Virus record (IMG/VR): IMGVR_UViG_3300045988_074363 | Strand: one strand, 5' to 3' | From: a virus | Length of the DNA: 48,689 nt | Shown here: positions 41,114-48,642 of the stretch, in pieces | How positions within the stretch are numbered: position 1 is the first letter of the stretch | Layout of the letters: each line of letters opens with the position of its first letter | Notes under the pieces: generated by a model | The model's input: only the letters and a program-made list of their open reading frames with translations | What the model was told of the DNA's origin: nothing | Database searches by the model: none | Made by a program: the position numbers and the translations under genes

Positions 41114-41682
41114 TGCTGCGCGTTCTCTTTCTGTTCTGCCCGCATATCGGCAGCATGGAGTGCATAGACAAGCGGCGTTGCGGCCATAGCGGCGGACAAA
41201 ACCTTACTGCCGCCCTTGGCCGCGTCGTCATACGCGCCCATGTGCCAGCGGATAGCCAGCGCCTCGGCGTCGGTCAGCAGCATAAAGCGCTGCACCAAAA
41301 AGGCAGACTTCTCCCCGTGACCGAACGGGAATTTTTCGCGCACGGTATAGCAGGGCACAGTTTCCCACTTGCCGTCGCTGTTCTTCTGATTTCTTGTGCT
41401 TTTGGCATAGAAATCTGCCTTGCAAATGTCATGCAGCAGCGCTACAACGGCATAGGTTTCTGCCGTGGGCACACCCGGCACCCGCCCCGCGCCGATCAAC
41501 TCGTAGTACACATTCAGGCTATGCTCCACCAGCCCGCCGGGGTAGCTGCCGTGGTAGTGGGTGCTGGCCGGTGCCTCGAAAAAGTCCGTGCTTTCCAGCC
41601 ATTCCAGCAGCTCCGCCGCACCCGGTCTGTGAATCTGCGAGGTGAAAATCTCAATAAAGCGTTCCTTGTTGTCCATAGTCAT
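41110..41682 (-). CDS. HD-domain phosphohydrolase
   Basis: HYHGSYPGGLVEHSL and ALLHDICK (H...HD signature). 190 aa. Confidence 0.8.
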   Translation of the reverse strand: MTMDNKERFIEIFTSQIHRPGAAELLEWLESTDFFEAPASTHYHGSYPGGLVEHSLNVYYELIGAGRVPGVPTAETYAVVALLHDICKADFYAKSTRNQKNSDGKWETVPCYTVREKFPFGHGEKSAFLVQRFMLLTDAEALAIRWHMGAYDDAAKGGSKVLSAAMAATPLVYALHAADMRAEQKENAQQ

Positions 41683-41954
41683 TGCCTCCCGACTTCTGCA
41701 ATCCCGTACACGCTGTCAACCTCCCGCTTGGTAATATTCCGGCGTTTCAGCATTGCGGTGATCTCCTGTTTCTGTTCTTGGTAGACTTCTTCATACGCGA
41801 AGAAATAGCGCAATTCCGGGTTGAACATTGATCGCAGGCTCAAACGCACAACCGTGTGTTCGTCAATTTCCATCGGAACCACATACACGGCAATTTGCCC
41901 GGTCTGCCTGTTTACTTCCCGGCAAATCACGATAACTTTTTCTATGCGCAGCAT
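41679..41954 (-). CDS. Hypothetical protein (91 aa)
   Basis: ATG at 41954, in the operon. Confidence 0.7.
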   Translation of the reverse strand: MLRIEKVIVICREVNRQTGQIAVYVVPMEIDEHTVVRLSLRSMFNPELRYFFAYEEVYQEQKQEITAMLKRRNITKREVDSVYGIAEVGRQ

Positions 41955-41972
41955 AGACCCATGCCCCCTTTC

Positions 41973-42833
41973 TTATCTGTTCATTCTCGGCGTGACCTTG
42001 CGCCCCGGTGTGCCGTGCCAACACTCCGCCCGGCGCATAATCACGGTGGTGTGCCGCCACCCGGCATTGCTTACCCGCGTTTCCACCCGGTTCAGGGTGT
42101 AGCCGGGGTATTTTCGCTCCCAGTACGCCACATCGTCGATGTACAGGGTGCTTGCCTCGTCCAGCTTCTTGCGGCTCCACTTGGTATCGTTCGGCGGCGG
42201 TGTTTTCGGCTTTTCAAGGCCACGGCTCTGCCGCCAGCTCCGGGCGCACCGCTTGTTCTTGCTGATATACCGCACAAGACTTTCAACGCTGCCGTGGTCA
42301 ACATCCAAGTATTCACAGCGGGTAAAGCCGATCTGCCCGGCCTTGTCTGTCCATAGCTGTTCCAGCACATCGCGGGTCAGGCCGTCCGTGTGCTGTATGA
42401 TCGCGTGGTGGTGGTGCCGCCCGCAGGTCGTGCCATCCTCCTGCACAGTGCAATACTCGGTGGCCGCAACCCACTTGGGGCGCTGTACGCCGTTCTTATC
42501 GCACCAACGGTACAGGCGCTTTATGTAGTTGGTTAGATCGCGGTCAGCCTTGGCCGTGTCGCCCGGCTCCGGGTGGTGGTCGTCGTCATAGGTGCCCGTC
42601 CACGAAAAATCCCCCTTGCCGAAGTTGGCATTGACAAGCTGCACATGGTAGCGCTTGGCCCTGTTGTCGTTGTAGGTCTGCTGTGCAAGGGTGCTGGCCT
42701 CCTTGCGCTTGGCACGGCGGCCTGCTTTGTGCTGTTTCGGGGTCACGGGGTATAGATCAACCTCCATGTAGGGGGCAGTGGCGTAACTCTTGCCGCAGAT
42801 GTGCTTTTGCTCTCTGTAATAGATCGACTTCAC
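41973..42833 (-). CDS. HUH-superfamily rolling-circle replication initiator-like protein
   Basis: GTG at 42833 behind GGGAGAGGGG; an alternative ATG at 42869 directly abuts a hairpin. Motif I-like FSWTGTY, motif II GRHHHHAII (HUH), motif III VRYISKNK (YxxK). Confidence 0.7.
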   Translation of the reverse strand: MKSIYYREQKHICGKSYATAPYMEVDLYPVTPKQHKAGRRAKRKEASTLAQQTYNDNRAKRYHVQLVNANFGKGDFSWTGTYDDDHHPEPGDTAKADRDLTNYIKRLYRWCDKNGVQRPKWVAATEYCTVQEDGTTCGRHHHHAIIQHTDGLTRDVLEQLWTDKAGQIGFTRCEYLDVDHGSVESLVRYISKNKRCARSWRQSRGLEKPKTPPPNDTKWSRKKLDEASTLYIDDVAYWERKYPGYTLNRVETRVSNAGWRHTTVIMRRAECWHGTPGRKVTPRMNR

Positions 42834-42868
42834 AGCTTTTGCCCCTCTCCCAAGGTGGTTACTTCCCA

Positions 42869-43168
42869 TGCGGGGGCTACACCCCCGCACCCCTGTATTA
42901 TTTTCTTCTTGCTGGAATACCACACTCTGCTCCGCAGGCAAGGGGAAACACCGGGCGGCTCCCTTTCCGTCCTGCTGTTGGTCAGGCAGTGCCCGCCGCC
43001 CTCGTTTCCCCCTTGACCCCTTTCCCCGGCATTTCTGCCGTGGTGCTTAACTTACTACTGGTATACCAGCCCCAAACCGCCCAAGGCGGTATTTTTTTAG
43101 CCCGCCGCAGCGCGGCAAGGCTAAAAAATCAAGCAGCCGGGCGGGGCACAATCCCGCTCCACGCCCGG
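42869..43168. promoter_or_regulatory. Highly structured non-coding region upstream of the Rep gene. Candidate replication origin and/or promoter.
   Basis: It holds four structures. First, an 8-bp stem tgcggggg/cccccgca (42869-42889). Second, a 20-bp imperfect inverted repeat caaggggaaacaccgggcgg / ccgccctcgtttcccccttg (42939-42958 and 42996-43015). Third, the palindrome tttttagcc-c-gccgc-agc-gcggc-aa-ggctaaaaa (43092-43128). Fourth, a ccgggcg/cgcccgg hairpin (43137-43168). Confidence 0.5.
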
Positions 43169-43194
43169 CCTGTAAGGCTTATTCTGTTTTCGGC

Positions 43195-44019
43195 TCACCC
43201 GTCATAGCACCCACACGGCGCACCGCACAGGCACCCGCCCGGTGCCTCCGGGAAAAGGTCGTCAAAGGTCAACTGCGCTTTTTCAAACTCCTGCGCTTCA
43301 ATAAATTCGTCGTGGTAGCTTTCCCATGACCACTTGCGGCCAAGCCCTTTAATGCTGGTCAGGCTGTCCGCCGCGTTGTGTTCCATGTCAACCGCCCGCT
43401 GAAATAGCTCCGGGTTGTTCTCCCACAGCGCTTGAATTTCTTTCTTTTTCATCGACGGGCAGAAATAGCAGCTCGACTTGCCCGGCTTTGGCAGCCCGGC
43501 CCGCTCGATCACGCGCACACATTCGGCTCTATCCCAACCCCATTCATAAAGCGGGTAGTGCTTTTCATATTTCTTGTCTACCTCGTCAATGGCAGCGGCG
43601 TGTTGAATACGGCGGGTTTCGCCCGCGTCATAGCCAATGTACTTGTTGACGCGGCCACCGCTTTTCCATACCTCCACGCAGGGCGGATAGTGGTTGCAGA
43701 ATTTTTCCTGCGTTCCGATCTTGTGCTTCAAAGAACACTTCTTGAAGCCGTAGGCGATAGAGGGCAGCGTGTGCGAACGGAAACATTCTTCCTCCAAGGT
43801 CAGCCGGTTTCCGTCCTTGTCGGTATAAAATACCGGCGTGATCTTGGGTAGGCCGTGCTTGTCCAGCCAAGCATTGAACACCCGGATAAATTCATAGGTG
43901 TGCGGCTGTTCGCCGCCCGTGTCTGCAAACAGGATAAGATCAATCGGGATTTTATGCAGATACATCCCGATAATCATTGCGGTGCTGTTTGTACCACCGC
44001 CGAAAGAAACAATGTTCAT
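43195..44019 (-). CDS. PAPS reductase-family (adenine nucleotide alpha-hydrolase) protein
   Basis: ATG at 44019 behind GGAGGG; the ORF track uses a TTG at 44025. Has a PP-loop (VSFGGGTNST) and a C-terminal Cys cluster (CLCGAPCGC). Confidence 0.8.
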   Translation of the reverse strand: MNIVSFGGGTNSTAMIIGMYLHKIPIDLILFADTGGEQPHTYEFIRVFNAWLDKHGLPKITPVFYTDKDGNRLTLEEECFRSHTLPSIAYGFKKCSLKHKIGTQEKFCNHYPPCVEVWKSGGRVNKYIGYDAGETRRIQHAAAIDEVDKKYEKHYPLYEWGWDRAECVRVIERAGLPKPGKSSCYFCPSMKKKEIQALWENNPELFQRAVDMEHNAADSLTSIKGLGRKWSWESYHDEFIEAQEFEKAQLTFDDLFPEAPGGCLCGAPCGCYDG

Positions 44020-44037
44020 TTCCAACCCTCCGCCGGT

Positions 44038-44481
44038 TTACAATTTCTTGCCCCACCTTGTTTTCATTTCATGTGGGTACTGATCTTCTGTTTTAGGCTT
44101 GCTCCTGCCGTTCCATTCCAGCCCACCAGCCTTGCCCTCACAGGTAAAGCCCGCAGCCTGCAGCGAAACGCCCGGCTCACTCGCCAAAATGTAGGTGATG
44201 ATCTTTTTATATCCCATATCCCGCGCAGCTCTCGCCGCTGCTGCATACAGGATAGAGCAGGCATTGCGGGTTCCGTCCGTACACAGGCGGTTCACTTCAA
44301 GCGTTGTGCCGTTGTCCAGCCTCCGGCTTACCGGCCTGCCACAGATTGCAACGCCCACCAGCTTGCCGTCCTGTGCAACGCCAATGCTGAACTTATGCCC
44401 GGCAACCTGCTTGTGGTGTCGGTGGTACTGCTGCACAAACCCGTTTGCCTCCCGTAATGTGACCGGCACAAGTTCAAGCAT
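44038..44481 (-). CDS. XF1762-family / GNAT-fold protein
   Basis: ATG at 44481 behind GGAGGG. VTLREANGFVQQYHRHHKQVAGHKFSIGV...LVGVAICGRPVSRRLDNGTTLEVNRLCTDG matches the recalled XF1762 family pattern. Confidence 0.7.
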   Translation of the reverse strand: MLELVPVTLREANGFVQQYHRHHKQVAGHKFSIGVAQDGKLVGVAICGRPVSRRLDNGTTLEVNRLCTDGTRNACSILYAAAARAARDMGYKKIITYILASEPGVSLQAAGFTCEGKAGGLEWNGRSKPKTEDQYPHEMKTRWGKKL

Positions 44482-45076
44482 GGTATCCCTCCGCACTTTC
44501 CGGGCGCTCGGTTCGTTCAAACTCGATCACCCACACATCCGGGTTTGCTTTCCAGCCCATCGTCTGAACGCTGGCCGCCGGTAGTGTACTATCCCACAAC
44601 CTGCGAAACGATACCATGTAGCGCCACCACTCGTAGGCGTCGCGGTTTGCACACGGTCTTTCTGTGCAGCCCTCTTGTGCCCATGCACATTTACAGCCGC
44701 CCGGCCTGTTTTGTGGCCTTACGCCCTCTTTTTGGAAGTCCACAACCTCCATACCTCGAAGTGACCCGCGCTCGACGCTTTTTACTCGCAGAAAAATCCT
44801 TGCAATGTCCTTGCCCATGTGGATTGACGGGTGCCACCTGTCGTCGCCGTCCATTTCCGGGCAAGCTCCTTGCGGCCAGTCTGCCCGGTAGTGCGTTCCG
44901 AAAGTGTTAATACACCATGTTTCCCGCACATACAGGATGTCGCCCGCCACAAAGGGCGGTTTCTCACCCTTGGCAATCCTCCGGGTGCAGGTCTTTTCGC
45001 CTGCCAAGATTGCCCGCACCATTTCCGTGTTGAATAGAATGGGCTTTAGGGTGCCGGGCGCACTACTCGTTTTCAC
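44474..45076 (-). CDS. ASCH-domain-like protein
   Basis: GTG at 45076 behind GGAGGA. ILFNTEMVRAILAGEKTCTRR...GDILYVRETW is typical of phage ASCH/PUA-like proteins. Confidence 0.7.
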   Translation of the reverse strand: MKTSSAPGTLKPILFNTEMVRAILAGEKTCTRRIAKGEKPPFVAGDILYVRETWCINTFGTHYRADWPQGACPEMDGDDRWHPSIHMGKDIARIFLRVKSVERGSLRGMEVVDFQKEGVRPQNRPGGCKCAWAQEGCTERPCANRDAYEWWRYMVSFRRLWDSTLPAASVQTMGWKANPDVWVIEFERTERPESAEGYHA

Positions 45077-45729
45077 TTTCTGCGTCCTCCATCCCGATCT
45101 GCTCCGCGTCCTCGTCCTGCTTGTCCGGGTCTGCCTCGTCTAAAGCCCGTTCCTGCTCCCGCATATACTGGCTCACACAGGCGCTTTCAAACTCGCTCAA
45201 ATCCTCCAAGAACTGCTTGGTTATGATCTTCAATGGCACAAACCCGGCCAGCACCTCAAACCCGTCTTTGATAACCACATAGGGCGCACCGCCAGCGGTC
45301 TTGCGCACAACGGTCTGTATGTAGTCGCTGTTCTTGACCACATCTGCAATGGGTGCAATCAGCGCGGAATCGTAGAAGATCAGCTCCCCGGCGTTGCCAT
45401 ACATAAGGCCAACCAGCCCCCATGCCCTTGTAGAACATTTCCAGCGGCACCCGCCGCGCCTCCTGTTCCAGCGGGTCAGCGTCCGTCAGGTTCACGCCAA
45501 AGGCCGCCCCTGCGGTTTCGGCGTACTTCTCGTCAAAGAACATCTTTTCCCACGCCTTGCTGTCAATGTCCAGCACTGCGCCTACCTGTTCCTTGCCCTC
45601 CATTTCGGGCAGATCCGTGGCGTTGTACAGCGCCAAGCGGGTGCCCAGCCAAATGCCGCTGTCGTCCGCATGGATTACCATGCAGTAGCTTTCGCTCTTG
45701 GCCCGTTTCACAAACTTGCTCAACTTCAT
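45063..45729 (-). pseudogene. Hypothetical gene split by a +/-1 frameshift at a G5 run (C5 on the plus strand, 45417-45421)
   Basis: ATG at 45729 behind AAGGAG. After the G5 run, the original frame decays into a Cys/Arg-rich tail that stops at 45256. The neighbouring frame is open and protein-like through to 45063 (LVGLMYGNAGELIFYDSALIAPIADVV...). Confidence 0.55.
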
Positions 45730-45742
45730 GGCGCGGCTCCTT

Positions 45743-45877
45743 TCAGCCCAGCAGGCACAGCACACACAGTTTGATAATTGCCAGCGGCCCCAGCACGGCG
45801 GCGATTGCCCACGCAATGCAGGCAAAGATCACCAGCAGGCCAACCAGTGCGGCGAAAATAGCTTTCAAAACTTCCAT
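45743..45877 (-). CDS. Small hydrophobic membrane peptide (44 aa); not in the ORF track
   Basis: ATG at 45877 behind GGAGAAATGAGGG. Sequence is MEVLKAIFAALVGLLVIFACIAWAIAAVLGPLAIIKLCVLCLLG. Lies directly downstream of DGR target 2. Confidence 0.55.
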   Translation of the reverse strand: MEVLKAIFAALVGLLVIFACIAWAIAAVLGPLAIIKLCVLCLLG

Positions 45878-45892
45878 AGTGCCCTCATTTCT

Positions 45893-45926
45893 CCGCCGCG
45901 CTATCGCTTGGCGGTCAGTGTTTCAG
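45893..45926 (-). promoter_or_regulatory. Conserved element 3-prime of VR2 (GC stem with GATA loop plus CTGAAACACTGA)
   Basis: The minus strand reads ctgaaacactgaccgccaagcgatagcgcggcgg. It is the counterpart of 7330-7363. Stem ccgcc/ggcgg plus an inner g-c pair that is a-t in the VR1 copy. Confidence 0.5.
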
Positions 45927-45937
45927 TGTCCGGCGTT

Positions 45938-47116
45938 TCAGTGCTTCTTGAAATAAGCGGAACGGCCCCCGATGCTGCCGCCGGCATAGGAGCGCGGGTT
46001 GCCCAGGCTGGAATTGAACACCCCGGCGCAGCCGCCATAGTTCCAGCGGCCACCGCGAATCAGTATGTACTCGCCCTCGGTGCTGTCCACATAGCACCCG
46101 GCCTTTTCCTCCCCGGCAAACAGGGCCAGCGCCCGTAACTGCTCACTGTCGCAGTCCATGCGCACATCTGCCCACTCGCTGCCGTCGTAGTCGTGGTGAA
46201 TGTTCGGGTTGGTGGTAAAGGTGATCTTTCCGCGGTGTACGGAAACATACAGCGGGCGGCCCTCCACATCGGTGATCGGTTTCCAGCCGTCGCCGCACTC
46301 GGTCAAATCCGTTTCGGGCAGGGCCGCGTTGTTGTTCTCCGCTGCCCACAGCGCCCCGTCACGGATTCTTACACCACGGGCAAACTCCCAAATGTTGCCG
46401 CAAAGATCATGTACGCCGCTGTCCGTGTGGTCGTGCGTCCAAGTGGCCGGGCCGCTGCCGGTCAGCGTTTTGTAGCTGTCCTCAATGATAACGCCCCGCT
46501 CCTTGTCGTCACCGTGCCAGTGGGAACAATTCGTGTTGCCGTGGGGCAGGGTGCCCAGCTTCAAACTGGTGTCAGCCAGCAAGCCCCACTCCGCCGCCGT
46601 CAGGCAGTGCCAGCCCTCGCCCTTGGAGAAACACGCCTGCGCGAAATCCTCCATCGTGATATTTGTGACCGGCTCCTGCAATGGCAGGCTGTACGGCTTG
46701 CCGTTAATCATGGTGTTTTCATAGACAGAAATATAAATCTCGTCATACACCTCGCCGCCGATGATGAACGCCGGGTGTACCGCGTCACTTCCGCCGAAAA
46801 GTTCCTTGTTAGTCACGCGGCGGAACCTGTGCATGATGGAGGGAATACCCGCGTTGTCGTAGATCGCCACCACATCATGCTCCACGCCCGGCGCGGCCTG
46901 CTCTCTGCGGCGCAGCTCCTCGTCGTTGCGCAGGATTTCCCGCTTGATCTCCTCCGGCGCGTCGCTCAAATCCTCGGCACAGCCGCAGTTTGCGGCGCAG
47001 CGCTCCGCGTCCTGCTGCACATAGCCCAAAAAGGCGGCGGCCTGCCTACCTACAAAATCGCTCTTGCCCTCGGCGGCCATACTAAGGCCAAAGTATTTGC
47101 ATAGAATCTTTGCCAT
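45938..47116 (-). CDS. DGR target protein 2 (FGE-sulfatase / C-type-lectin fold) with a unique N-terminal domain of about 95 aa
   Basis: ATG at 47116 behind AAAGGAGA. Paralogous to target 1 from IPSIMHRF onward. Contains HDLCGNIWEF. The C-terminal 36 codons are VR2. Confidence 0.9.
   Translation of the reverse strand: MAKILCKYFGLSMAAEGKSDFVGRQAAAFLGYVQQDAERCAANCGCAEDLSDAPEEIKREILRNDEELRRREQAAPGVEHDVVAIYDNAGIPSIMHRFRRVTNKELFGGSDAVHPAFIIGGEVYDEIYISVYENTMINGKPYSLPLQEPVTNITMEDFAQACFSKGEGWHCLTAAEWGLLADTSLKLGTLPHGNTNCSHWHGDDKERGVIIEDSYKTLTGSGPATWTHDHTDSGVHDLCGNIWEFARGVRIRDGALWAAENNNAALPETDLTECGDGWKPITDVEGRPLYVSVHRGKITFTTNPNIHHDYDGSEWADVRMDCDSEQLRALALFAGEEKAGCYVDSTEGEYILIRGGRWNYGGCAGVFNSSLGNPRSYAGGSIGGRSAYFKKH
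45955..46063 (-). repeat. DGR variable region 2 (VR2)
   Basis: Manual alignment to TR 6668-6776 gives 12 substitutions, all at TR coding-strand adenines. The substitution pattern differs from VR1. Confidence 0.9.
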
Positions 47117-47121
47117 TTTCT

Positions 47122-47664
47122 TTATCTCCTTTCGCCCACGGTAACATAGGCGGTTTTTCTGCTGTTCAGTTCCAAATCCACCGGCGCTTTGCAGGCAAGG
47201 CAGGTGTGCGTCACCCGGTCAGCGGTCAGATTTGTTTTGTAGCTGAAACTCTTGCCGCACTTGCAGTGCATAAACAGCGGGCGCAACTTTTCAAGCGGCG
47301 TTTCGTGACCGCACTCGCTGCACTTGTAGCCGTATGTTTCATGCTTGGCACAAAACGCCTTGATCGCGCCGCACTCCTCGCACTGCACAATCAAGAAACC
47401 TTTGTACGGCCCTTGGTCTGCGTCCGGGTCTGTGCTTTTCCAAGTGTCGCGGGCACCGAACATCCGCTCCACACGGCTGCCGCGCCTGTCCTCCCGGTGT
47501 GGTGCTGCCCGGCGCTCCGTGTTGGCCGGGCCGCTCTCGCCTGTCAGCGGTGCCACCTGCCCGGTGGCCGTGTCCTCCAAGAACACCTTGCCGCCCTGCA
47601 CATACGCCCGGAACGCGCCGCGCTGGCACATCCTGCGTACATCCGAAATACTGGTACTTTCCAT
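47122..47664 (-). CDS. Hypothetical multi-zinc-ribbon protein (180 aa)
   Basis: ATG at 47664 behind AGGAGG. Zinc-ribbon pairs are CEECG...CSECG, CKCG...C.AC. Confidence 0.75.
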   Translation of the reverse strand: MESTSISDVRRMCQRGAFRAYVQGGKVFLEDTATGQVAPLTGESGPANTERRAAPHREDRRGSRVERMFGARDTWKSTDPDADQGPYKGFLIVQCEECGAIKAFCAKHETYGYKCSECGHETPLEKLRPLFMHCKCGKSFSYKTNLTADRVTHTCLACKAPVDLELNSRKTAYVTVGERR

Positions 47665-47682
47665 TGTCTTGACCTCCTGTGT

Positions 47683-48375
47683 TTATGTTAGATGGAACAG
47701 GCTTGTTTGGCTGGTGTAGTCCAAAAAGCGCTGTTCCTCTGCAGCGTAATAGATCGGGTCGATCTCAAACCCGATAAAATCCACCCCGGCCTCGTAAGCG
47801 GCAATTCTGCTGCTCCCGCTCCCCAAGTGTGTGTCCAGCACCCGGCACCCCGGCGCGGCGTAGTTCTGAAAAATCCAGTCATACAGCGCCACCGGCTTTT
47901 GCGTCGGGTGGATTCTCTGCTCGTTCAGCTTTTTGTTGCCCTGCATGATATGCCCCTCGGCAACGCTCTTGCCTTGCAGCATACCGTTCCACATGAACCT
48001 GAACAGGCGCACGGTGTTGAATAGGTCAGTTGCGGCCAGCTCACAGTCTGAAAAGCTGGTGCCTTTCTTGCACTTATCCCACACGATTCTGCCGGGCGCA
48101 AACTCATAGTTGAAGTAGTTGCAGCCCCACACAATGTAATGCTTGGCTACCCGGCGCAGCTCGTCAAAGTATGCCCGCCCCGGTATCTCCCACACAGGTG
48201 ATACCGGGTAGTCGCGGTGCACGCCGATCTTGCTAACCTTGCTGCCGTAATAGCCCCGGCGCTCCGGCCCGCTGAAATACGGCGGGTCAACCACCGCAAG
48301 ATCAAAGAACCCGTCCGGGAATTGCGCCATGCCTTTCATGCAATCCATGTTGTAGCACTGGTTTAGTTCAAGCAT
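47683..48375 (-). CDS. DNA methyltransferase, N6_N4_Mtase family (DPPY motif)
   Basis: FDLAVVDPPYF is motif IV. HPTQKPVALYDWIFQNY and VLDTHLGSGSSRIAA form the AdoMet-binding region. Confidence 0.88.
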   Translation of the reverse strand: MLELNQCYNMDCMKGMAQFPDGFFDLAVVDPPYFSGPERRGYYGSKVSKIGVHRDYPVSPVWEIPGRAYFDELRRVAKHYIVWGCNYFNYEFAPGRIVWDKCKKGTSFSDCELAATDLFNTVRLFRFMWNGMLQGKSVAEGHIMQGNKKLNEQRIHPTQKPVALYDWIFQNYAAPGCRVLDTHLGSGSSRIAAYEAGVDFIGFEIDPIYYAAEEQRFLDYTSQTSLFHLT

Positions 48376-48633
48376 TGATGATCTCCGTTGTAGATAACGA
48401 CCATCGACGGAAACGGTGCGGGCGGGAATCTGTTCCCGTCCTCGTCCTCAAAGTGCAGCCGCCCACGCAAAAAGCGTATTTCTGCTTTCCCGTATATGTA
48501 GTCGTGGAAGTAGGCCGTGTCTGTCCTTGCCGGTATCAGCAGAACCACCGTTGTTCCGGCTTGCGCCTCCTCGTAGGCTTTGCGCACCCACGCGCCCAGC
48601 GCCCGGCCATACGGCGGGTTGCAAAATACGCTG

Positions 48634-48642
48634 CCCCCCCCC
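48634..48642 (-). repeat. Homopolymeric tract (C9 on the plus strand, G9 in the methyltransferase sense strand)
   Basis: Counted directly: ctg-ccccccccc-gatatt. It lies at the exact start of the 55-bp assembly overlap. Confidence 0.9.
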
